DNA of 64,000 nt from a virus. Position numbers and translations under genes: made by a program. The first letter of the stretch is position 1. The number at the start of each line of letters is the position of its first letter. The DNA lies in the IMG/VR virus record IMGVR_UViG_3300036770_001519, positions 3,671-67,670 of that record. One strand, written 5' to 3'. The notes under the pieces are model-generated. The model was not told the origin of the DNA. It ran no database searches and saw nothing but the letters and a program-made list of their open reading frames with translations. Of the stretch, positions 46,965 to 58,300 are shown piece by piece.

Positions 46965-47297
46965 ATGGCAAAGAAACCATCCGTTAGCATGACCAAGAAG
47001 GATAAGAACCCCAAGGGTGGGCTTACTCAGTCTGGTCGAAACAAGTACAACAAGGCTACTGGCTCTAACCTAAAGGCACCCGTAGGTCGTGCTCCCAAGA
47101 CTCCAGAGGAGATGCGCCGTCAAGGCTCGTTCCTCGTAAGAATGGGGTCAGCGGCTGGTCCTCTCAAGGATGACAAAGGTCGTAAGACGCGCCTTAAGCT
47201 GAGCCTGGAGGCTTGGAACCACTACGGTGACAAAGCCTCTGCAGTCTCCAAGGGTCGGCGTTTGCTGGAGAGATACCAGAACAAAAAGAAGAAGTGA
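46965..47297 (+). CDS. Basic conserved phage protein (KNP.GGL..GR family)
   Basis: KNPKGGLT..GR..YN..TGSNLKAPV, SF..RM, TR....L.AW motifs. Confidence 0.75.
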   Translation: MAKKPSVSMTKKDKNPKGGLTQSGRNKYNKATGSNLKAPVGRAPKTPEEMRRQGSFLVRMGSAAGPLKDDKGRKTRLKLSLEAWNHYGDKASAVSKGRRLLERYQNKKKK

Positions 47298-47300
47298 CAC

Positions 47301-47501
47301 ATGAACAACATAGACACCCTTAAGGAACTATTGATTGACTGCTTGGTAGAAGATCTAATGGATCCTGAGAAAAGGAGTCCAGGTCTGTATCAGGTAGTCG
47401 CCAGAGTTATATCGGACAACAAGCCCAACAAGGAAGAATCTACGAACATTCGTACTGACATCCTCAAGGAAGTTGCTCCGTTCAAGCTCAAGAAAGCATG
47501 A
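47301..47501 (+). CDS. Terminase small subunit (gp18-like), probable
   Basis: 66 aa helical protein with VA...I.DN motif and PF near the end, directly before terL. Confidence 0.6.
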   Translation: MNNIDTLKELLIDCLVEDLMDPEKRSPGLYQVVARVISDNKPNKEESTNIRTDILKEVAPFKLKKA

Positions 47502-47509
47502 CACAGAAC

Positions 47510-47661
47510 ACCTCCACATAGACATGCCCTAACAGGCATGGGAGGTTACGCTAGCCGCACACGGTAGAAATGCCGTGTGGCATTACGGCTGCCATCCATC
47601 GGGCATTTATGCGCCAGTGGAATTTCGCTACGCCCACCTTGGCTGATGGGTCAAGGTGGGT
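47510..47661 (+). ncRNA. Candidate structured RNA (four tandem hairpins) between terminase genes
   Basis: ACCTCC/GGAGGT with CATGCC/GGCATG; TAGCCG/CGGCTG with CACACGGTA-GAAA-TGCCGTGTG; TCCA..GCAT/ATGC..TGGA; GCCCACCTTGGC/GTCAAGGTGGGT. Confidence 0.5.
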
Positions 47662-47678
47662 ATTGAAAGGAGGTACCC

Positions 47679-49349
47679 ATGAAAGTACCAGAAGAAGTAC
47701 TTGAGGATTTCAGGAACCATTTGTTCTTCTCCTTCAAGTATCTAGGACTCGGGGAACCTTCTCCCCTGCAATATGCAATTGCAAACAAGATCCAGCACGG
47801 ACATCGGGACTTCCAGCTTCAGGCGGGAAGAGGAGCTGGAAAGTCAACCATCATGGCGGTGTTCGCCAGCTGGTTATTACTAAAGGATCCTGACACGACG
47901 ATCATGGTTGTTTCGGCAGGTGCCGACAAAGCCATCAAGTTCATCTCGCAGGTCAGGCAGGTTCTAAGCGTGGTCCCCTACATGGGACATCTAACCCCAC
48001 GGGACTTCGATAAGGACAACGCATTTGGATTTAACGTCGCTGCAAGGACCAAGAAGGGTCAGGATCTGTCCTGCTACGCCAAGGGCGTTACAGGTCAATT
48101 AACTGGCTCCCACGCGGACTATATCCTGCTGGATGACATTGAGATCGAAAAGAACTCGGACACGCCCTCAGCCAGAAGCAAGCTGCTTGACAGGCTGACG
48201 GAACTTGAACAGATCAGAAACCCCGTCGAGCATGGAAGAATCATCTTCCTTGGTACATACCAGAGCACGGATTCGATCTACCTTAGGTTACCATACCCAA
48301 TCGTCAAGTTCCCAGCGGTGATGCCAGACCCAGACATTGAAAGCCAGATGCTTCATGTGGATGAATATATCCTCAACATGGATGCAGAACCTGGGTTCTC
48401 CGTGGATCCAATGAGATTCCCGCAGCACGTTCTTGACGAACGTCTTGCCAAGATCGGACCACGGCACTTTGCCCTGCACTATCTGCTGGACCCAACCCTA
48501 AGCGATGCATCCAAGTATCCTCTGAGATTGGAAGATCTCATTGTGATGGATGTTCCAGTCGGTGTGTTTCCAGAGAAGGTCGTATGGGCTAGGGGAACAC
48601 CACTGAAGATACCGACACACGGTCTTAACAACGACTTCATGTATGCACCAATGTGGAAATCACCCACCATGGTCGAGTACAACGAGACTGTTGTGTTCGT
48701 TGATCCCTCTGGTAGAGGTGCCGACGAGACGGCTGTGTGCGTTGCATCGTTCGTCAACGGATACGTTGTCGTTCATGCACTGGTCGGTCTTGAGGGTGGA
48801 TACGACAGTACAACCCTACTGAAGATTGCAAAGCTTGCAAATGCATACGATGCAAGCAGGATCATGGTCGAATCCAACTACGGTGATGGCATGTTCTCGT
48901 CATTGCTAAGACCAATAGTCGCATCTGCCTGTGGCAGAGTAGGCATAGATGAGTTCAAGGTAAGCGGAAACAAGGAGAGAAGAATCCTTGATACGCTTGA
49001 ACCGATCATGTCCCAGCACAGGCTCGTATTCGACACGTCGGCTATCAAGGACAAGGAGAATCAGATCCAGATTACAAGAATGCAGGAAAGACGCGGCGCA
49101 CTCAAGCACGATGACCGCATCGATATTCTTGCAAGCGCGGTAAAGAACTGGTCTGAGGAACTTGTAATTGATCCTGATAGGTTGGTGGAAAGAAACAAAG
49201 AACGAGAACACCAGAATCTAGTCAAGGACTGGATGGGAAACAAGAGAATATCCGTACTACTTGGAGACAGGTATTACGGTCAAAACGAACTTACAAACAC
49301 CCCCAAGAAGCGGGGTCATAACGTATTGGACAACTACTACAGGAGATAA
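47679..49349 (+). CDS. terL: Terminase large subunit (gp19-like)
   Basis: AGRGAGKS Walker A, GQLTGS.AD...DDIE, DPSGRG.DET, ESNYGDGM, HDDR.D. Confidence 0.96.
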   Translation: MKVPEEVLEDFRNHLFFSFKYLGLGEPSPLQYAIANKIQHGHRDFQLQAGRGAGKSTIMAVFASWLLLKDPDTTIMVVSAGADKAIKFISQVRQVLSVVPYMGHLTPRDFDKDNAFGFNVAARTKKGQDLSCYAKGVTGQLTGSHADYILLDDIEIEKNSDTPSARSKLLDRLTELEQIRNPVEHGRIIFLGTYQSTDSIYLRLPYPIVKFPAVMPDPDIESQMLHVDEYILNMDAEPGFSVDPMRFPQHVLDERLAKIGPRHFALHYLLDPTLSDASKYPLRLEDLIVMDVPVGVFPEKVVWARGTPLKIPTHGLNNDFMYAPMWKSPTMVEYNETVVFVDPSGRGADETAVCVASFVNGYVVVHALVGLEGGYDSTTLLKIAKLANAYDASRIMVESNYGDGMFSSLLRPIVASACGRVGIDEFKVSGNKERRILDTLEPIMSQHRLVFDTSAIKDKENQIQITRMQERRGALKHDDRIDILASAVKNWSEELVIDPDRLVERNKEREHQNLVKDWMGNKRISVLLGDRYYGQNELTNTPKKRGHNVLDNYYRR

Positions 49350-49351
49350 AC

Positions 49352-50014
49352 ATGCCCTTTATTGTAGGCGGTTTAGCAGCAGCTAGTTCTATCATGTCTG
49401 GTATTGGCGGCGCATCACAGAGCAAGGCAAATGCCATTGCAGCCAGGATGCAGCAGGACCAGCAGAACTTCCAGAATAAATGGCAGAATGAAGCTCAGAA
49501 TAGAAACCTACTGAGACAATGGGAGGCTCAGTATTTCATCAACAAGCAAATTGAACGAGGCGCAAACCAACAGCTCACGATGGGCAAGGTCTACGCCAGA
49601 GACTCCTATAAGAATGAAGCATCGCTTCTATCAAAACAAACAAGACAGGCAAACAATGCATTTCTTGGCTCCGTAAGTGCCAAAGGAATGTCGTTGGATT
49701 CTGCTTCTGCAAGAGCACTCCTAAGACAAAGTGTCGAGGAGTCCCAGACAATCAGCAGAACAATGAGAACAAACTTTGAAAACCAGATGCGTGATCTTGA
49801 GACAAACTATCAGAATGTTATTTCTGGCAGAGATCTCAATGTACCAGAACAGCAGACATTGCTTACCAGCAAGGCTGTTGTTGCAGATGCATCTTCAAGC
49901 ATGCTTATGACTGGTATTGCTACTGGTCTACTTAGCGGAGCCTCAGCTGGTATTGGAGCTTATAGCGAATACGGCTGGGATAAGTCGGTATCAGGAAGGC
50001 TATCTGGAAAATAA
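49352..50014 (+). CDS. Internal virion protein (gp14-like)
   Basis: Ala/Gly-rich hydrophobic ends, Gln-rich coiled middle, ~220 aa; first gene of the ejection-protein block. Confidence 0.65.
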   Translation: MPFIVGGLAAASSIMSGIGGASQSKANAIAARMQQDQQNFQNKWQNEAQNRNLLRQWEAQYFINKQIERGANQQLTMGKVYARDSYKNEASLLSKQTRQANNAFLGSVSAKGMSLDSASARALLRQSVEESQTISRTMRTNFENQMRDLETNYQNVISGRDLNVPEQQTLLTSKAVVADASSSMLMTGIATGLLSGASAGIGAYSEYGWDKSVSGRLSGK

Positions 50015-50016
50015 CA

Positions 50017-51006
50017 ATGCTAAATACTGATAAACTAAACAAGCTGTATAAACTGGCTACTGGTAATAAATCAGAACAAGCAACACCAAAGAGCAAGGAT
50101 AGACTAAAGCTTGACAAGGCAGAGAAAAGCCTTAGAAGCTATAGAAGCGCATACTCAGATCCCGTAGATGCGTGGTCCAAGTGGGTTGCAGAACAAGATC
50201 AAAACATCGATGCAGACAACGCAGATGATGTTTGGAACATGGCTGAAAAAGAGTTTCCTGGTTCTCAGGAACAAGCAAGAGATCAGATTCGAAATCAGAT
50301 TAGATCACGAATCTCGTCTAACGATCCATCTATACGAGAACAGCAGCTTAGAAACACCATGATTAAATCACCATCGTGGTTGAATCAAGAACTTGAGGAA
50401 GAACTAAGGACCGCGTCTACAGTCTCTTCCAATCAGAACTTATTCAAGTCAAAGTCTGTATACCTAAAATCTCTTGAGCAAAAACTTGGAAAGTTTAACT
50501 TCCAGGAACTTGACCCAGACGTTCCAGCTGATGTTCACGTCATGGAAGCTGTAAAGCTTGAGGCACTTGGTCTTCTGGATACTGCAAAGATTGTTAATGG
50601 AAGATTTGTTGTCATGGGTAAAGGCGGCTCAATTCAGCCAGCCTTCTCCGTAACACAAGAAGCAGAGCTGTCTGGAGAACTCAACACGGAATCTCCAGAG
50701 ATACAGATGATTATGCAGCTAGCTCCTTCCATTGTAAAGAAGTACGTGGAACCAGCCATGCAGTCAACTCAGGGAATTATGTCCATGGAAAACAGGGCAT
50801 CAAGAGGTGCTGCGCTTCAGATGCTTCGGGGAGGATCTCTTCCCGTTGATCGCTGGGGTGAGGCACTGTCCCTACTAAATGAAAATCAGGGTGCTGGAAT
50901 CAACGAAGGCATAGCTGGACTTGCTGAACAGAACCCAAACATGAACGAAGAAGATGCTGCCAAGTACAGCATGGATATCATTAGTAATTACGGAGGTATG
51001 GTTTGA
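50017..51006 (+). CDS. Probable internal virion protein
   Basis: Helical 329 aa ORF within the ejection-protein block. Confidence 0.55.
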   Translation: MLNTDKLNKLYKLATGNKSEQATPKSKDRLKLDKAEKSLRSYRSAYSDPVDAWSKWVAEQDQNIDADNADDVWNMAEKEFPGSQEQARDQIRNQIRSRISSNDPSIREQQLRNTMIKSPSWLNQELEEELRTASTVSSNQNLFKSKSVYLKSLEQKLGKFNFQELDPDVPADVHVMEAVKLEALGLLDTAKIVNGRFVVMGKGGSIQPAFSVTQEAELSGELNTESPEIQMIMQLAPSIVKKYVEPAMQSTQGIMSMENRASRGAALQMLRGGSLPVDRWGEALSLLNENQGAGINEGIAGLAEQNPNMNEEDAAKYSMDIISNYGGMV

Positions 51007-54000
51007 GTAGAATTGAAACACAAGGACCACAGGCGTTCCTCATGCCTTCGCAGAAGCCAGCTCTATATCAGGAAAGTGCAACGATCTTTCCTCAGCCTAG
51101 AGTTGACATAGCCGAGGGCATCGACATCGGTGCTATTGGCAAGGCTGCATATGGTTTGGGTGCAGAGATCGTAGATGCAACAACAAAGTATAGATTTAAT
51201 AAGACTCAAACCGCACTTGATTCCTATACCATTGCATCAGAGGCAGCTCTAAAAGCTTTTGCGGACAATGGACAATTCGACAAGTACAAGCAAGAGCAAG
51301 AAAACTACCGAAAGCAAGTAAGAGAACTTCTTGGCTTTGATCCAGAAAAGGACGAGCCATTTGGAAACCAGCAACAAAGACTAAAGGCAAGTGCAACAAA
51401 GGCAATAGCAACCTTTGATAATAACCTTGGAGTTGCTCAGGGAGAATACGAGCAACTGGTAGAGCTTGATACATTTGAATCAATGGCAAATAAGCTTGAG
51501 GTTGAACTACAATTACAACCAACAGCTGAAGATAGAATTAGATACATCAATGAGACAATGCGACCAGGAATAGCTGGCGTGTTTAAGACTAGTTTTGGAT
51601 CTGATATCTTTACGCTTGATCCAAAATTACCAATGTCTAAGCAAAAAAGAGCATTGGCAAGAACCATAGAGGCTGCTTGGCTTAAGCTTCAAAACGAAAT
51701 TGACAGATCTGAAAATGAAATAGCCAATAGAAAAGAAGATAAGATTGTGTTTCCAGAACTTGATACCAATCAAGCAAGAAACAACATTAAAATAGGAAGA
51801 GATAACGTATCAAGTGCAAGTCAGGCACTTGATCTTTTACGTGACGCACTTCCAGGTATTAAAAAGGATGACATACCTCTTAGTTCCTTACCACAGGATC
51901 AACAAGTAGCTATAAATTCAGCTGGTAAAAGCGTTGCATCTGCTCTTAACTATTATAGAAGAGCGGTTGGTGATTTGCTTACACAAGCTTGGGAAATTAA
52001 CAGCGGTCCCATGGGTCCACTGCTTCCTTTTGAGGATAGTCCCTATGCCGAAGTAGATCCACTAAGCGATGAGGCACTGACTATTATTGCAGACTCACCA
52101 GGCGTAAAGCCTGAAGACATGAGCGAGCTTACACAGTTTAGAAAAGAACTAAGAGATTTTGAATTCTCGGCAATGAAAAGCGTTGTGGGTGTGCAAACCA
52201 GCATACTAGACGCTGCTATTGAAAAAAGAAAAAGAATTGCACAGGGTCTATTTGAGCAGACTTCAGCAAGGGTTGCTCTTATTGATCGTGACGCAGCAGT
52301 AAATCCAGAAGCGGCTACACTTGAAAGAGAGCGAATATCACAGGAGTTTGAAGCTCAACTTACAGCACTTCTTTCAAACGCATCTCCATACAGTCAGTCT
52401 GATTTTCTAGCTAACTTCAGAAAAAAGAAGATAACATCTTCTACAGACTTAATAATGGCTGTAAGAGAATCCGTTCCACCAACATTCAGTCTATCCGTTT
52501 TTGGAAACCTAATGGACAGCCGACTGGATTCAACTCCTAGATTCAGGGAAGAGTTTAATACATTCCTTGATTTTAACATGCGGCTTCAAAAGCAAATCTA
52601 TGGCGATCAAAAAGCAACCATAGGATCTGCACTAGACGCAACAAGAAGACAGTCTGAAAAGTTTTTAAAGGACCAAGAAAAACGAAGAAGACTTTTAAAC
52701 ATAATAGCATACGAACAGGGTGGAACAAAGGAAACTTTAGAACCTGAAAAAGTAACTCAAGCTGAAAAAAGAGAAGCTGCGTTTCTTGCTATTCAGATGA
52801 AACTTCCAGCTGGTTCCAGCTTGTATGATGACAATGGAAACCTAAAGGAACTTTCCGTTATATCGGAAGAACTCAGCAGGGGCAACCAATCAGTTCCTCT
52901 TCCTCTTTCGCTGCTGATGGAAACACCATACTGGCAGCACATGCTTTCTGATGTGCAGAATTCAAAAACACCAGAAGACACCCTAAAGAGGCTTTTTGCT
53001 CCATTCATCAGTGGTCCAGAAGGTGGTGGTGGAATAAGCTGGGATGATATCAAGAGATCCAATACCTATACCCTGAGATCACCCGATATCTCCGATAATG
53101 CTTCTGACGCTATTATGGAGGGCTTGAAGTCTTCCAACCCAGGAAGAACCCAAGCAACAATGGCAACTTTTCTAATGTATCCAGAGGATACTAGAAAGCA
53201 GTTTCTTGCTAGACTTGATACTGCTATTGAAGCGGAAACAGATCCCCTTACCAAACATTCCTTAAGTATTCGTAGGGCAAGATTAACAGCCTTTAACAAC
53301 ACATATAAGAATGAGAACCCATTTGAGTTTGTTAAAAACGAAATTAATGTAATTCCAGATGAGCAGGTTGTTCTATACGATAGACTAAAGAGAACACTAA
53401 CAGGGTTAGCTGGTGGTCGTATTTCTGAAGCTCAAAAGGAAGGTATTGAAAAAGCAATATCAGAAGGAAGAGCTACACAAAAGTCTGAAGAGCTTGCAGA
53501 ACTTCAAAGACTAATGCCAATGTTTGCCTCTGTATATGAAAATATTCAGATTGGAAACGGTACTGAACTTTCAGACGATGGCAAAACAACTGTAGAAGAT
53601 CGCTTTAGAAAACTATTGTCTGATCCTTCAGATGAAGAACTATTAGACAGAAGAACTGCTGCTAGTATTGTTGATCAGGTAATACTTGATGAATACTTTG
53701 AATCTCGCTGGGCGCATCCAGCATTAGATCCTAACTCCGATGATTTCTCAGACATTTTAACAAAACGAGTAAACGATAAACTCTCATCATTTGCGTGGAA
53801 AACACGTGTTCTTGATCCAAACTTTGGAAATACAAAAGCATCTAAGCCACGTGAAAAAACAACAATGCCATCTCACATCTCTACAAGAGGTGGTGTCGAT
53901 GGATTGTTTACCACCGAACAGGCAGTAATGTCCTCTAACCCGCTTGTAATGGGTTTTGCGGATGACATGACTGCAAAGACTGTGGTTGGTCAGTTTCTTC

Positions 54001-55328
54001 CAGCAAATGCTGAAGCAACTGCGGCAATAAAAAGCATGCCAAACCAACACGCAGCTCTTGCAGCTGTAGCAGCAGCTAGTAATATTCCACCTTATGTGGT
54101 GGGCATTTCAAGAGACAGCCCAGCAAAGATGGCTTACTATCTTGCAGAGGCTGCATTGAATGGAAAAACAGATGCAGCTGCAATACTTGCAGCACAGGCT
54201 ACTCTTTCCATGATGCCAGAAGTATCGTCAGAAGACGATGCGAGAAAGAAGGCTGCATCTCTTGGAGCAAGAATACGCTCGCAAATTCTTGATGGTACTT
54301 TAAAGATGGAGACTGAGGCCCATCCCTCGTTCATGAGTGAAGATAGTCTTGTTCCAACCTATGTACTCTACGTAAACGGAAAGAAGGTTGCATCCATGCA
54401 ACCAAATTCCAACAGCGTTACAGAGAACCTCAAGGACAATCCAGTATATGTCGAGAGACTTAAGAAGACATCTTCAAGAGAAATATCAGACATATACAAC
54501 AGTGATTCTTTTACGGCTGACAAGGAGCAAGACTTCTCCATGCCAACAAAAAGAGACATGCTTGTAAAAGATTGGTTGATGGCACAGGAAGAACCAAACC
54601 TTCTTATCAGGCCTTATATCCACAGCGATACCGCAACATTCTCACACAACCTGTGGGATGAAGCGTGGGCTTTTAGAAAGAAGACCATGCCAGATGGTAC
54701 TGTTGTGGTTGAGAAGGTAAAGCAGATAAAGCAATATAAGAAGGAAGACGGTTCCTTTAGCTCTACTCCACGCTGGGCTGACTATACCGAGGTATACGAT
54801 CCAGCACTATATGGTGGCGTAGAAAGAAAGCGATTTAGAACAAGCGAAACATCGTCACGTCTTAAGTTTGTAGAATCGCCAGGTCTTCCACTACACAGAC
54901 CAGTTCTTCTTGAGACAAGAAGACCTGAAAGATATCTTGATGATCCAAACATTGCCACTGGAGAATCGCTTGTGTACAGTCCAGAGAGACTTGCAGAAGA
55001 CGAGCAAAACCTGTTGATGCTTGAAGAACCAAGCAACGTCAGGGAAATCTTTGTAAATACCAGAGGCAATAGACGATATTCATCCGAGTTTGAAAATCTT
55101 GGTAAGAAGGATGAATCCATCAATAGACTGTTGAATTCCGATGACACGACCCTAACGGTTGCAGAAGTATCGGAAGACACAAGAGACTTCACAAGGTTTG
55201 TTTCGACCTTTGTCAAGTTCCAAGATCCACTGACGAAACAACTGAAGATAATGCGATATACCACAATGACGGCTGGTCCATGGAAGCAATCCTATGATCC
55301 AATCATTGTATACTCTGCGGATGAGTAA
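51003..55328 (+). CDS. Large internal virion protein (gp15-like position)
   Basis: 1441 aa helical ORF; GGAGG RBS; position between gp14-like and gp16-like genes. Confidence 0.65.
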   Translation: MSRIETQGPQAFLMPSQKPALYQESATIFPQPRVDIAEGIDIGAIGKAAYGLGAEIVDATTKYRFNKTQTALDSYTIASEAALKAFADNGQFDKYKQEQENYRKQVRELLGFDPEKDEPFGNQQQRLKASATKAIATFDNNLGVAQGEYEQLVELDTFESMANKLEVELQLQPTAEDRIRYINETMRPGIAGVFKTSFGSDIFTLDPKLPMSKQKRALARTIEAAWLKLQNEIDRSENEIANRKEDKIVFPELDTNQARNNIKIGRDNVSSASQALDLLRDALPGIKKDDIPLSSLPQDQQVAINSAGKSVASALNYYRRAVGDLLTQAWEINSGPMGPLLPFEDSPYAEVDPLSDEALTIIADSPGVKPEDMSELTQFRKELRDFEFSAMKSVVGVQTSILDAAIEKRKRIAQGLFEQTSARVALIDRDAAVNPEAATLERERISQEFEAQLTALLSNASPYSQSDFLANFRKKKITSSTDLIMAVRESVPPTFSLSVFGNLMDSRLDSTPRFREEFNTFLDFNMRLQKQIYGDQKATIGSALDATRRQSEKFLKDQEKRRRLLNIIAYEQGGTKETLEPEKVTQAEKREAAFLAIQMKLPAGSSLYDDNGNLKELSVISEELSRGNQSVPLPLSLLMETPYWQHMLSDVQNSKTPEDTLKRLFAPFISGPEGGGGISWDDIKRSNTYTLRSPDISDNASDAIMEGLKSSNPGRTQATMATFLMYPEDTRKQFLARLDTAIEAETDPLTKHSLSIRRARLTAFNNTYKNENPFEFVKNEINVIPDEQVVLYDRLKRTLTGLAGGRISEAQKEGIEKAISEGRATQKSEELAELQRLMPMFASVYENIQIGNGTELSDDGKTTVEDRFRKLLSDPSDEELLDRRTAASIVDQVILDEYFESRWAHPALDPNSDDFSDILTKRVNDKLSSFAWKTRVLDPNFGNTKASKPREKTTMPSHISTRGGVDGLFTTEQAVMSSNPLVMGFADDMTAKTVVGQFLPANAEATAAIKSMPNQHAALAAVAAASNIPPYVVGISRDSPAKMAYYLAEAALNGKTDAAAILAAQATLSMMPEVSSEDDARKKAASLGARIRSQILDGTLKMETEAHPSFMSEDSLVPTYVLYVNGKKVASMQPNSNSVTENLKDNPVYVERLKKTSSREISDIYNSDSFTADKEQDFSMPTKRDMLVKDWLMAQEEPNLLIRPYIHSDTATFSHNLWDEAWAFRKKTMPDGTVVVEKVKQIKQYKKEDGSFSSTPRWADYTEVYDPALYGGVERKRFRTSETSSRLKFVESPGLPLHRPVLLETRRPERYLDDPNIATGESLVYSPERLAEDEQNLLMLEEPSNVREIFVNTRGNRRYSSEFENLGKKDESINRLLNSDDTTLTVAEVSEDTRDFTRFVSTFVKFQDPLTKQLKIMRYTTMTAGPWKQSYDPIIVYSADE

Positions 55329-55350
55329 CGGTAATTGCAATTGAAAACAA

Positions 55351-55383
55351 GGGGAGGGGAGTAACTTCCCCTCCCTTACTTTA
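55351..55383 (+). terminator. GC hairpin before the giant gene
   Basis: GGGAGGGGA-GTAACT-TCCCCTCCC followed by TTACTTT. Confidence 0.5.
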
Positions 55384-55394
55384 AAAGGAAAAAC

Positions 55395-58300
55395 ATGTCA
55401 GGTATTGATCCATTTAAGCTTCTCCAAGATGTGTTTGAATCAAACAAACAGCTTGCTTCGGAGCGAGATCCAGATACAAAACCACTTTTTGCACAGTATG
55501 CTGGACTAGAAAACAGCATTTCAGAGTCGGCAGTACAACCTACGCTAGCCGCACAACGTGCAGAGAGAGCACAGTTTGATAGAGAATACGTTGGCTTAAG
55601 CACTCTTAAGGCATTTGATAATCTTAAATTCAACGTTGTAGATGACAACGGTTCGCGGTTTAATCGCGGCTACTCAGCAATGAAGGATACCGTACAGACG
55701 GCATCTTCGCAGGGTTGGGGTGAACGAAATATCTTTAGAGAGAGACAGCGTTTAAACATGTCGAAGGGACAGGCTTCTGGTTTCATCAAGACATCCGATG
55801 AAATGGGAAGCTGGAGAGATAGAAGAGAAGGAATCTCACAATGGTACGATGGTGTAGTAGAGCACTTTGAAAAGTGGTTCCACACTACCGAGCTTGAGGG
55901 AGATTACCAGAAACTCAAGTGGCAGCTGTCACAACCAGACAGTAGCTGGACAGAGGCTAGAAAGTATGAAGCTCTTTCCAATTGGCAAGAGCAGAACAAG
56001 GAAGCCTATGACTACATAAGACGGGCTGGCGTTGACTTCAATACGTTTGTCGGACCAACGGTAAACGAAACTGGATTCAATGTAGCTATGATGGAAGCCG
56101 CAAAGCAAGCGGTTCTAAATCGAAGAATGCGTCTTTGGGAAGAAGACAACGGTGCAGTACTGAAGTTTGTTGCATCGGCTGCAGAAAGTTTCAAGGATCC
56201 TGCCATGATGCGGGATATCCTTCTTACTACAGCCCTAACAATGGGACTTGCAACGCCACAGGTCATAGGCACAAGACTAGGTGTCAACGGTCTTCAGGTT
56301 TCCCAGTCAGCACTGGCTTCAGCACGTCTGTTGCAGTTGACAGGACCAATGACTGGTCTTATTGAAGGACCAGTATATGCAGCTTTGCGTGGCACCATTC
56401 TGAATCAAGCAGGACGCAGGGCAACCGATACGATGGTTGCCCGTGGTCTTGCTATGTTTACTGAAGGTGCTGTTGCGGGAACTGTTGCATCTCTTGCAGA
56501 TCAACGTGATGACTACGAGTGGAGATCACTTGTATTCAAGGATACCGACAAGGTGTTCAAGTATGACTTCAAGAACGCAATTACAGAGGGTGTCTACAGC
56601 GGTACGGGAGCAATGACCATGCTTGGTCTAATGCGCTTCGGTCTTGGTGCCCTTGGTGACTTCAAGTACTACAGCAAGGGTGACTGGAACAACTGGGGAC
56701 GAAGCATTGCCAACTCCCTTGACACATGGGCAGAAACAAAGGAAGGTCTTACCGTATTCGGAGAACAACTAAGCGATGGTCGCGGAATGTTCTTTGGAGA
56801 TCTTATCGACAGATACATGAAGGGTAAGGACGGTAGGGATTTTGCAAACATAATGTTGAATGGAAGCCGTCTATTTGGTCGGCTTGATCCAGTAATTGCT
56901 GGACGCTTGAACTTGGATACAAAAGAAGTTCTTGAAGTAGCTGAGGAATTTGAAAAGATAACTGGAGTGGCTGGTGAAGCTGCAATGAGACGCCTTGATG
57001 GTGTCGATCCAGATCTAAGCAATACCTTCATGCTAATGCTTAACAAGAAGTTCCTTGAGTCCCAGGATCTAAGCTACCCAGAAGTAGCAGGTCTTCTAAA
57101 GGACTTCTCAAGCTATTCGTCTGGAAAGGGAATGCTTCCTCTTCCAGAGACTGGCGAAGGTAGATTCCTAAGAGCCGTGAAAAAGGATCCAGCAAGAACA
57201 TCGCAGCAACTCAGACGCTTGCTTGACCTCAGAATTCTCGACAAGAAGCTGAACAAGTATGGTGTCTCAAGTGTTGTAGCTCTGGCAGATGCAGAGAATG
57301 CCCTTGGTCGCAGACTGGATCTCATGGAAGACAACGACTATAGATCCTATAGAATGGCTGCTGCATTTGCCGAGGGTTCACAAAAGGAACAGGCAGTTGT
57401 CTCTTCGCTATCAACGCTACTTAGTACAACTGATGAAATGGTAAACATTGGCGGCAGAGAAATTCCAACAGAGGTTGCACGGCAAGCCGTAAGAACCTCA
57501 CTTGGTCTTGACGGTCGCAAGGAATTGCTTTACCTGAACGACGCTGGAGAAGCCGACAGAGCCACATTCATGGTTATGATCGACCCAGCAACCAACGAGG
57601 TTCTTCGAACTAGACGGCAGCTTACCGTTGGCAAGGATGGATCTCTTGAGATCTCATTCGCTGCCAAGGAAAATGCTTCCTATAAGCCAGAGAATATAAT
57701 CTCAACGGTCGAGTTCAAGGAAAAGATAGAGGAAATAAACAACAAGATCCGCGAAGGTTGGCTTGATTGGACAAAGAAGAATATCAAGAAGGCCATCGAA
57801 GGAGTTAAGGATCCAGTAAAGAAGAAGGAAATTGAAAAGACGTTTGACGATCTATTCAACGAGGGTAAGGAACCAACGATTGAAAACATCTCGCGTATCT
57901 TCAGCATGAACAAGACGGAGGCAACAGTCTCCCAGATAATCATGCGTTCTCTTGGTTACGATCCAAATGAAAAGATGTTGAGAATTGCAAGAGGTTCCGT
58001 AGACGAGGGTGCAACTGGAAACATCATTCTTGCTGGAACACAGGCACTTATCAACGCAACAAAGGCATCCGACATCGGAACAGTCGCACATGAGATGGGA
58101 CACTATAATAGGTTCATCTTTGGTCAAGACACCGAAGACTCACGTGCAGCTCGTCATGCCATTGGAATTACCGATGACATGTGGGATAAGTTCAAGGACT
58201 GGTGCGGTGTAAAGGATGGCAACTGGACACTAGCGGCAGAGGAGAAGTTTGCAAACGGCTGGGCTTATTACATCAGAAATGTAATGCAAGGCAATGGCAA

